A DNA stretch of 64,000 nt, taken from NCBI GenBank assembly GCA_000708835.1, contig DF237072.1, forward strand, positions 62,001-126,000, written 5' to 3'. The stretch's first letter is position 1. Every line of letters starts with the position of its first letter. Made by a program: the position numbers and the translations under genes. This document shows, one piece after another, positions 25,101 to 35,300 of this stretch. The notes under the pieces are model-generated. The model searched no databases. It was not told where the DNA came from and saw only the letters and a program-made list of their open reading frames with translations. Source of the DNA: Klebsormidium nitens. Its lineage: Eukaryota > Plantae > Klebsormidiophyceae.

Positions 25101-28100
25101 GCTCTTCCGGGCCTCACTCAGCGGATGGCAGCGGGGGAAGCTTAGAGAGTTGCGGGACTTCTATCGTTACGTGAGGGAGAACCTGGAGGTGGTGGGGTTG
25201 GAAGCGCCGTCGTTTCGAAGCTTTGCGCGGCTGATGGAGAGACTGATGGCCGCCACGGAAGGGGCGCGTGTGCGGCGTCGATTGCGGGGCCGGAAGGCGA
25301 TCGCACTTGTCAGTGAGATGCGGGTGAGAGAATTGGCATCTTCCTGACGTTTTCCCTTCTCGTCTTTCCCTTATTTTTTCCCCTTTTTCTTTGTGGGAAT
25401 ATACTCTTGCGCGGCGAAGGCGATGGCATCCGTCAGGGCGAAGCGGGTGAGAGATCTGGCAATCTCTTGCCGTCCTGACAATATTTTGTCTTCTCGTCTT
25501 TCTGTGTCTCGTCCATTCTCTCTTTCCGTTCATGTTTCCCCCTTCCTGCTTCCTGCACTCGTCGTAGCTGCAATTGTTTTCATGACTTCATCACGAGTCT
25601 TGTCTAATTACGAGGATTTGGATCTGGCAGTTCAGCCTTAAACACTTAACTGAAATAGCTGCGTCGTGCGAAAAGTTTCTACGTTCGGGCAGATGCACTC
25701 GTGTCTTACTGAACACAAGTGTCCATATCTCCATCTTCGTGTGCGGAACAGTCGGCTTCGAATGAAATGGTCTATATGAGTACCTTTCTGTTTCTCTTTT
25801 CTGCATGTAAACCGGCTAAGACCAGGGTTCTCAGGTTTCGTCGCAGCTAGACAATCAGGAAAATGCATGCCCCTTGGATACTCTTTCTTCAACTGCACTT
25901 ACTCAGCTGATTCAGTTTATCCGGTCAGTCCAGCAGCACGCTATTTGCCATCCTTTGAGGTTTCCAGTGCTGCCAAAACCTGCGCTTTCCTACAATATGC
26001 AATTCCGTGGCCCTCCAATCCAGTCCAAGGTTGTCAAAGAAGGTCGTGTTTGAACCCGTGTGTGCAGGATATACGGGACCTCTTGCGGCAACTAGAGGTG
26101 GAGAAAGCGCGGGGCGGTGCCACGCCCGACCGCCAGCTGGAAAAGACGCTCCGTGTGCAGCTCCGCCAGAAGCACGTCCTGCTCGAGAGAGCCGCGCACA
26201 CCCCTCTCCTCTCTAGTTCCCCGTCCAATGTGAATACGCCCCTCTCATCCCCGCACCCGAGCTCAGCTGGGTTTGGACGCAACCAAAGGGGATTTGGACG
26301 CAACGGAAGGGGGTTCGGACCGGATCAAAGCGGCTCCGGACGCGATCTAGCGAGAGTCGGACGGACTTCGGTGGAACCCGGGCGGAATTCGGGCGGCTTT
26401 GGACGGAATCCGGAGGGGCTCGGACGCGACCAAAGCGTTCCAGACGCACTGCGCGCGTGGGCGTCCGGATCCGTCGGCGGACATCCAGAAGAGCGGCGCC
26501 GGTCCTTGTTCGAAAACGGCAGCGGCAACGGACGGGCTCCCAGGAGCACTTTCGAGAAAAACGAGGCGCTGGCCGCCGCTTATGCAGAAAACTCCCGCTC
26601 TAGTTTTGCGAGCAGCGCAAACCCTAGCCGCGCCTTTTCACACCAGGGCGGGGCGACGCGAGCACGCGCACCGGTGGCGGAGAGCAACCGGATCTCCTTC
26701 CGGGGGGCTTCGATTGGCTTTGGAAATATACCCCCGGCAGTGGCAACAAGCCGGCCAACGGATCGGACAGGACGTGGACGGGCTTTTGTAGCCGACGAAA
26801 GTGCGGCGGGCATGTTCGGACAGTTTGCCGGGCCCGTGTTTCGGACTTTCGACGAGGGGCTGAGCTTATCTCCGGTCAGGGTGAATTCTCCGCCGGCTAG
26901 AAGCAGGGCTACAACAGCGGAACAGGCGGACGAAAGTCTGCGGGAGACAAGACCTGGCGCGGCGCAGGATGCTACAAAACGGGGCCAAAGGAAAAGCGTT
27001 AGGAGTGACGAGGAGGGTTGGATTGAGTTCGAGGACGTTCCATATGAGTCGGAGTCAGACGGCATGCCAGACGCAGTCGAGTTCAACCGTCATTCACTTC
27101 CGCTGAACGAAGATCGTTTCACGGATAACCGGCCAGGTCCAAGGAGACAGGGAAGGGGAGCCTACGACGTGGAAGACTTGGCTCGGGCCAGTGCGAGCGC
27201 GCACCGCCATCTACCAGCTGACGGGAGCCAAGCGGCTGCCTCCCGGCAAAACGGGTCAAGCGCTAGCCGTGGGACAGCAGTGCGGCTCCCAAACCGGGTT
27301 AGCTATGACGACATCCCGATAACCGCCTCCGCCACGCCGCGCCCCCACCCGGACTTGCACGTGGACGTTCCCAGTCGCTCCAACCCCCCCTCGCAAAACC
27401 CGTCTCCTTCCGAGAATCCCGGAAGGGGTCCCGCCAAGCGCCCGTTCCTACGCGCTCGCTCCGGACGCCTCGGGACGAGCTTCACGATACCGGACCACCT
27501 CAAACTGTCCGTCAACGAGACGCCACGTGGCGCGTCTGGGGACGTGCCAAGTGGCACCACCGGGGACGCGCCAGGTGGCGGCGCCGGCCCTGCTTTAGAT
27601 TCTGCGGAGCTCGGGCCGAGCACTGCGCCAGGAAATCTGGGACGGTCGTTGTTTGCGGACGGGCATAGGGTCAAGAGGAGGGTTAAGCGTAACCCGCTCG
27701 AGGGAGAGATTTCGATCTTGGAGAGAGATGAGGAAGGGGAAGAGAGCGAGGAGCCGCCGAAACGGGCGTTCCTGCAGCGGAAGTCGAAGGCGATGCCAAT
27801 GCAGAAGCTGGATTGGTCGAAGGTAGGTGCCGGGAGTTGAGTTGTGTCTGGTGTGGTTTTGTTGCACAGTTGCTCCCACGGGCAATAAGGTACACGCTCG
27901 CTTGAAAATATGCCTTCAACACGCTGCAAACTTTCTTGTTAGCAACCGGAATATTTTCCCCCAGGAATTGCTTAATGGTGACCCAATAGAGCAGATCAAC
28001 AAAGGTAGGTAGCGGAGTTTGAGAATGGGGCCTGTTGAAGAATGTCCAGCACCTGCAGAGCAATGCGTAGTAACTCGTTTGCAGCCAGCCTCAAACTCGC

Positions 28101-29525
28101 AAGAGTTTCTAACCGCTCTAAGCGTTCTCAAAAGCTCTTCGCTTCTCATTGTCTCCCTGAGACAGGATTGGTTCCTCTTAGTGAAACTCAGGGGGACTTT
28201 CAAACCGATGGTTAGTCTTAACCCTCCCAGGTTAAGCCCCTTGTTGAAGCTCTTCGGATTGTAGGTAGAGTCTTGGATCAGCATGGTTTCTCTCCACCTT
28301 GCAGGTTAAGTCCCTGGTCGAGGCCCGTCTGGACCCTGAAAAGTTTGCCGCCTCGTGTCGCACTGGCGCCTCAAAGAAAGATGAGCCGCCGCCCCTGCCG
28401 GTAGGTCTGTCTTGTCACTTCCTTTCTGAGAGTCCTCTCTTGGCGTCTTTGTCCGGACCGAATTGAACGCTCTGTATACGGTTGTACAGCAAAGGCACTT
28501 CTTCCTTGTACTCATTTTTATAAGAACCCTTGACGACCCTTGACGTTTTATCCAACAACAACCTGTCCAGGCCCCAAGAGCGATTCGTCATTGCTTGTGG
28601 GCAAATTACGAGTGGCTCTCACTCTGGCAATCAGTTGCAAAGCCCGTATCTAATCTGACACTCAGTCGCTGAAGTTTGGATTCAAGGAGTAAGTTTGAGG
28701 CGAAGAAGTAACAAATGTATTCCCGCTTTGTGAAAATTTCAAATAGGCCCTTGGCCATGAGGTCAAACAAGGCAGTCGTATTCAAAGATTGTCAATCGTA
28801 GGACAACTTTTTGAGAACCCGCAGAACGTTTGCTGGTCTTCTTTTTGGACACCTAACAAAATACACCCTGCTTCTTACAGGACTACAAAAACGTGAAGAG
28901 CCGGCTTCTGGCTTATCGTGAGCCCAACAAAAAGTATTCCTCAGTCGAAGAAGAGCCCTCCTTCGAACCAGGCGACCAGGCCCCTTCTCTTAGACTGCCC
29001 ACGTCGCCACGAAGGAAACCGGGTAAGAGCGCAGCGCGAGACCTGAAACGGAGCGGATCGGAGGAGAGCTTCGACGGCGGAAAGCGGAACGGACACGTGG
29101 CAGCCCGTGAGAGGACGGAGAAGGTTGTGAGGAATGGGCGGGGGGGTTTGGAGGGCGCCAGAAAAGAGGCGTGGGTGGCCAGTGACACTGACAGCGAGGG
29201 GCGGTCTCTCGGATCTCAGAACCGGAGACCCCCCCGCAAGGCGGAAAGTCGGAAGAAGCATAAGGGAGACGAGGCGAGCACGCCCCGAAGAACCGGAAGA
29301 GGTGCGGCTGGGCGTTTGCATCAGGAGGGAAGCGAAGAGGAACCCGGAGAGGACGGAGTCGCGAGTCAAGGGGAGCTGTCGTCGACAGGGGAGCTTTTGG
29401 AACGGATGTACCAAAAGTTGCAACGCGATGGGGGGGTGGAGTTCAGCAGTCTGTTCCCCAGGAGGAGAGGGGGGGAGAGCGTCATTCCTAGGCTCAGGGG
29501 TGACGAGGACATGTTCAGCGACCAG
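19197..29525 (+). CDS. Very large (>2700 aa), P/S/G-rich, mostly disordered protein with IQ calmodulin-binding motifs, a coiled coil and two tau-like motifs; both ends unresolved
   Basis: Exons at 19197-23633, 24088-25323, 26068-27822, 28305-28400 and 28881-29525 join in frame through GT-AG introns, all phase 0. IQ-like segments are ARTIQTLWREHK, AVFLQSLRRGVLSRRRF and AVRIIQSGWKLFRA. Possible further small exons at 30071-30113 and 30267-30310 (low confidence); alternatively the last exon reads through to the stop at 29624. The start lies upstream of the acceptor at 19196. Confidence 0.7.
25425..25500 (+). repeat. Decayed intronic copy of the exon end and donor at 25304-25370
   Basis: GCAtccGTCAGgGcGAaGCGG|GTGAGAGAtcTGGCA...CCTGAC...TTCTCGTCTTTC parallels the real junction GCACTTGTCAGTGAGATGCGG|GTGAGAGAATTGGCA...CCTGAC...TTCTCGTCTTTC. 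Confidence 0.85.
26269..26436 (+). repeat. Coding 21-bp / 7-aa repeat, 8 units
   Basis: GFGRNQR GFGRNGR GFGPDQS GSGRDLA RVGRTSV EPGRNSG GFGRNPE GLGRDQS; 168 bp = 8 x 21. Confidence 0.85.
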
Positions 29526-31166
29526 GTGAGCAGATTTGGTGACCTTACTTTGACGGCAGCCTATTTTCAAGTAGCAGAATCTGCTCCCGTATTACCTACT
29601 TTTAGTAGCGTTAGAGAAGACTGACGGCTTTTTGACCTGTCAAGGAGATGGAGTCCCGTGATATCTTCAGTATCGCGGTCTACGAGTTGTAAAACCGGTT
29701 TGAACGTGGAAGCCCGTTGTATCTTTCATGGTCGAATGTCGTCGCTTTCATTACCGACTGCCCTTTCCTTGAGATCGGATCTTGTTTACAATGCTGTTGC
29801 CTTTAGATGCGGAACTTGACAAAGCAGCTTTCCAAGCTGGTTCATACCTCTCTTACTGCTCGGTGGCTGATAAGATCAGGCATGCTTAAATTGGCATCGC
29901 TGTTCCTGCGCAGAGGCAATCGACATTCAGTAATCCATGTAGACCGTTTATGAGGTCAATTTGAAACTTGGATTTGAAAGCTCAAATGCCTCGTGCGTGT
30001 CAACTTCATTCCAATCTTGTTTCAAACGTCCCGCACTTTGAACAGCGGCAACCTCCCCGCTTCTCCACAGCCTGTCGATACCTCGAAACTGCAACGCTTA
30101 CTTTACAGCCCAGGTGACAACATCGTTAGGATAGGCGCTGCTTTTTATTACTGCCGGTCGGCGCTGTCAATTTCGTCTGTCGATCGTTTTCCTAACTTTG
30201 TTTGTCCTTCTCTCCTTCCGAAATCTCCTGCGGTGCTAACTCAGCCACTCGCAACGCATCTTGCAGGGCAACAGCTTGTACAGTCGGCTGACGAGGGAAT
30301 CAGGATTTGACAGGCTCGAGTTGGGCCGTTTGACCTTCGTAGCCGCTTCTGATGGGCTGAAAGAGCGTTGATTGAAGCACCGATGCTTCTCGTGAATATA
30401 GCTGATTCGTCAAGAGTAAACGTGAGATGAGTTGAGAGCATGCTGGTTTTCATGGCAGCGATGAGTGAACCCCTTCAGATTGGGGGACCTACCAATTTGT
30501 GGACGGTCTTTAAAGACTGCAAATATTGTGACTTTGAAACACAGCTTCTGTCGAGAGGGCTTGTAAAATCAGACTTGCTATTCTGATTCAAGGTGGCGCA
30601 AGCGGCGGGCCTACATACTCTTTGGCAGCAAGCTTCACATCACATCCTTTTCAGTTGTGGCCGCGCGATATTGCTTGAATGAAAGTAGTTTGTCCAACAC
30701 TTTTGGACGTATATTGCCAGCCGCAGTCCGCGCGCCGAAACAGCTCCCTTGAATTGACCGTCGAGTGGCAGGTCAAGTGCATAATGCAAATCGAAAGAAT
30801 GGTCACGTGCAGCTATGAACGAATAGATTAGTGTCGATGGTCGCAAAGATGTATGGCGCCTGTGTTTTCCAATGGCTTAATTGGATTTCGTTCGGAAGTT
30901 CATGAGAAAGACTGAGGGGAGACGTCTTCAATCGAAGGCGCTCGAATGACAGAGTGAGGTTAATCACTGATCGATCAGCAATTACTAGCTCGACCTCTTC
31001 CGACATGTGAATTCAGACAGTGCTGATGATGTCGGCCGGCGTTCATGTACGGTTTGAAATTGATCAATCTATCGAAACTATAATATTTTGTGCATTCCGA
31101 TATTGTCCGCAACGTAATTTCAAGTCTACTTCTATGGCATTGACGACTAGCTATCTGTGTCGCTTA

Positions 31167-31196
31167 GTATAACATTGAATGTATAACATTGAATGT
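31167..31196 (+). repeat. 14-bp tandem duplication, intergenic
   Basis: GTATAACATTGAAT x2. Confidence 0.9.
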
Positions 31197-32353
31197 CAAT
31201 GCACAACTGAACTTACATCCAGCTGCACGGGGCCGGGACATTCTCGCGAAGCAGCCTGGGTGCATGTAACTTTCGTCACAGCAGTCTTAGTATGTAGCAC
31301 TAGATGTACTTGCATCAACAACGTTAGTGGGCCGGGCGCGGGCCCGGCTTAGGCGTCTTCCAACAAAAACGGCAAGTCAAAGCCGGCGCGCCCAGCTGTC
31401 TAACCGATCCGGTTATGCCATGATGGTCTGCACGGCCATCATTTATGATCGATGCCATGAGGAGCTGAGCTTGAATTGATGGCCGCACACGAATTCTCCT
31501 CAGCCTTGATCAGACGACGACGGTGGTTTTAGTACTGAGCGGGGCCGATTTGGGGATGTATAACCTTAATGGATATTCTGCCAGCTATATTCGCGTGACT
31601 CGATTGTGAGTCCTCATGCATCATGATGACTAGCTCGGCGCATAATATTAGTTGATATATAGCATATGACTTCGTATGTCTCCAAATGTTACCATAATAC
31701 CTTCCATGATGCCCGGCCTCCGATGACGTCAGCATCAGAAGACACTCAGAGCCTAGATTGTTGAAAGTGGCCGGACTCGATATTGATAACAATTGATTGC
31801 ATGGACGGTGCGGTAGCGCGCGGCTCATGCAGACGGGTGAAACGGCGTCGAAACTTTAAGTTACCGACACGATGGTAAACAGAGTATTGATCAACGGATG
31901 CACAACGAGAGCGCAAAGTTAGGAAGTGACGGATCGAGTTTTCTTTCAGGACTCACGAGCATAACGGCAAGTGCGATTGGCCATCATTACAACATCCAAC
32001 TTAGGTTTCCTGTTTGGTGCCCATGCACTGAGGCCATTGGCCCGCTCCTCAGACGCTTATTGCCACGTTGCAAAAATAAAGATAACTCGTCGAAAGAGTG
32101 TCGACCTAAAATATGCAAGTGAACAAAGCCTGATGGCCATCTTGGCTACTATCGAGCAGTCCTGAGTATCTTGGCCAACAACGCTGCAGATTATCTTGTC
32201 TTTATTATAGCGCACCTGTCAATAACACCTGCATCTAAAAATCTGTCCTCAAAAAACCTATGTGCGTGCAAGTCATGAACAAGATTAGAGAGTAAGAAGT
32301 GAGTCTTAATGGTCCGATACGGCTACTGGCAGCTTTGAACGGCCTGCAAAGTT

Positions 32354-35300
32354 TCACCAAGGAACCTTTCCCACGAAGCCCGGGGGCGTATGTGGATGGA
32401 AGCTCCCCGCAATGCCGCTGATAGCAGACCACGTTCCAAAGCCCGCTGCTATGCATCCTAAAAGCATTATTGATGTGCAAACAATGGTTTCCAGCCACGA
32501 TACCCGTTTGCCATATATTCGAAGGTAGCAGGCGCATGGAAGGATGACCGAAACCGTCATGCTGAGGAACGAACCAATGAAGGCCATCACGTAGCCTGCA
32601 AGTACGGGCAAAGACGTTGGAGATATTGGAGAGAAGCAATTAAAGAAACGCACATGAGATAGTGAAAGAATGAAAACTCCATTTTAACAACACACAGTCG
32701 AACAGTCTATGAGTCCTCTTTCAAGCCGTGCATCTTCTTCATTCCTCCACTTGTACACCCCCGGTCGGAAGGAATTCGGACGTGCTTGCGTCATTCAGAA
32801 GACTTGGCGGTTGTAAGGAGCAACGGCAAAACTATCATGTGTGCAGACGCAAATCCGTTGTTTCCAAAAAATCCAGAGACTTTGATATACTCAAGTCACC
32901 TTCTTGAGGCCAGTAAGAACACAATCAGAAACTGACGCAAAGAGTTTCGAAGCCCGCACCTCCGAGAATGCGCATTGAACCAAGGCGATCGGGAGCCGAC
33001 ATGCACGTCCTAAGCGCCGATAAAAAGAAAGCATAAGATTGGAAAAACTCACCGAAGAAGGGGACAAGAAGGGCCACTAAAATAGTGCTCCCGACGAGGG
33101 CCGTTCGGATGAGGTAGCTGAGAGTGACGAAGCTGGACGCCGAAACGGACATCGGAACCAATTCCTCTACCGCCATTGCGACGGGGGTCATCGTCAGAGC
33201 GAACTTTGTGAACGGGTTAACGACCTGAACGGGAGGGGGTTAAAGAAGGTTTTTCACTCTGTCAAGCTGCCAAATCATCGTCAGAGCGGACTTGGTGACT
33301 GGATACTAACGAAGGGGAGGAAGTTCAGTGTCTTGAGATGTCTGTCGCTCGGTTTTGAGAATTGACTAGAATCAAATAACTGGTCTACGAAGTGCGTGCT
33401 TCCGAGACAGAGATCGGTATTCATGGCGATGCGATGTGCGGGTGGACGTAAGCTCTGAAAAAGGAGAAAGAAAGGGGGAGGTGTTCCGATTTCTTCGGCT
33501 CAAACGTAAAATCTACAGGACGAGACTCCGGAGCCGGATCTCAAACTTCGCGAACTCACAGCTCATGGTCGGGGTGAATGTATGCCTTGGAGTGGCAGGC
33601 GTTCTCTCCATGCAAAAGGCGTCGCTGTTTCGTTTCCGAGCGTGTAGGGCAGCTCTGCGTATTGGCCTTTTGAGGCCCTGTCACTGCAATCCCATACAGT
33701 CACCACCAGGGTAACCGCTAGCTAGAGGGAATGACCGCTAGCTAGAGGGAAAGACAACCCTACGGGGCAGATGAAGTTCCGTCACCTGTTCTTCTCTTAT
33801 GGGTGACTGCATGCGAAACAGTCTACCACTGTCCGGATGACAAGCCTCAAGACCACAAACCGCTTGCACTTATTCTGCGTGGTATGTCATCGCGTCTTCA
33901 AAACAGAAGCAGCTTACACTTTTCAGTATTTCAAGGCCCGATAAAGCAAAGCAACAGGGTTCAAGTTGGCTTACCGTTGTCCAGATGGCAATCTTAGACG
34001 CCAGGAACTGCTTTGGCAGGTTCAGCGTGATCTGGGACTGCGTCTCTGCTCCAAACATGGTGAAGCCCGTAACGGCAATGCCACCGTAGATGAGCGTACA
34101 CATGGCGAAACTGCGGAATAAGAAAGCTGGCATGCAGATTGAAGCTTCTCTGGCACCATGAGTCGTTAAACGCTCGAGTCGTTAGCTTCTTTGTAAATGC
34201 GTCACTGCTCCGATATGGTAAAGCTTGTGAAGACATCGAAATGCAAACCCGTGATCCCCCAGACGTCAGCCACTCGGCGTGGCTGTCGGACTGTATTTTC
34301 GGCACCGTACTCTATAGCCCGTGAAGGGATATAGCCCCTAAAAAAGCGAATGCAAACAACCGTAGCCGTGAAGGGATACGAAGGCAGAGCAAGTGTTCAG
34401 AGCAACTTACATGATGGTCAGCAGGAGCTGAATTTGGCCTTTGTCCGACAATCAGTTCAGGATGTTTGAAAAAAACACGTGGCGTAAGTGGCGGAAATAA
34501 GACGCAAACGGGAAGTCTGCCCTCAGGTAAAGAAGCTCATAAAGCAAAGAAACGAATAAGGAGGAAAATCACCGATTCACGTGATCTTCAGTAGACATGC
34601 TTGGTCGGAATCGAGTTACCCAGAGAAAGGCGGCTTCGAGAAGAGCAGAAAGCAAACACGCCGAGTGTGACAACGGACAAAATTAAGCAAGCAGAAAAAA
34701 CGAAGAAGAAAGCAACTAGATTCGAGAAAAGGGACTCACGTTATGGTTAGCAGGAGAGGAAACTGGCTATTGTTGGATAGCGAATTGTAGATGTTCGGGA
34801 AAACGGCGTGCCCCAAGTAGCAGAACCCCAAATTTCGGACGCTAACAAAAAGCTTGCGCTTAATCAAAGAAGTTCTTCAAACAAACAAATAAAGAACGAG
34901 CTATGTAAACAACTCACATAATCGTCAGAGGGATCGCAACATGCTTTGCTCGAAGCGAGGTATCTTTGGCGAAGGCTGCTTCCGGAAGAGCAGGCAGCAA
35001 AACAGGCCAAGCACGACAATTCTGAAACCAAGCAAGCAGAGAAAAGGAAGAAAGGAATATGGCCTCGAGGAAAGGACTCTCGTAATGGTCAGCAGGATTG
35101 GAACTGGCTGCTTTCGAACAGCGAGTTTCAGATGTCCGGCGAAACGGCCTTGTTCATAGAAGCAGGAGTAAGTGAAACTAGCGCAGCCCTGAATGGCTCC
35201 ACAGAAACAGCATAAATCGAGAGGCACTCACGTGATGGTCAGCAGGAGCGGAAACTGGCTTTTGTTGGACAGCGAGTTGTAGATGTTTGGAAAGACGGCG

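Noticed and set aside
19781-27929. Many minus-strand ORFs of 100-230 aa
   Set aside because: Antisense shadows of the low-complexity plus-strand exons.
30240-31006. Minus-strand fragments containing LSHELPNEI, a possible decayed F-box gene
   Set aside because: The similarity is limited to a few residues and none of the family blocks seen at 56-62 kb is present.
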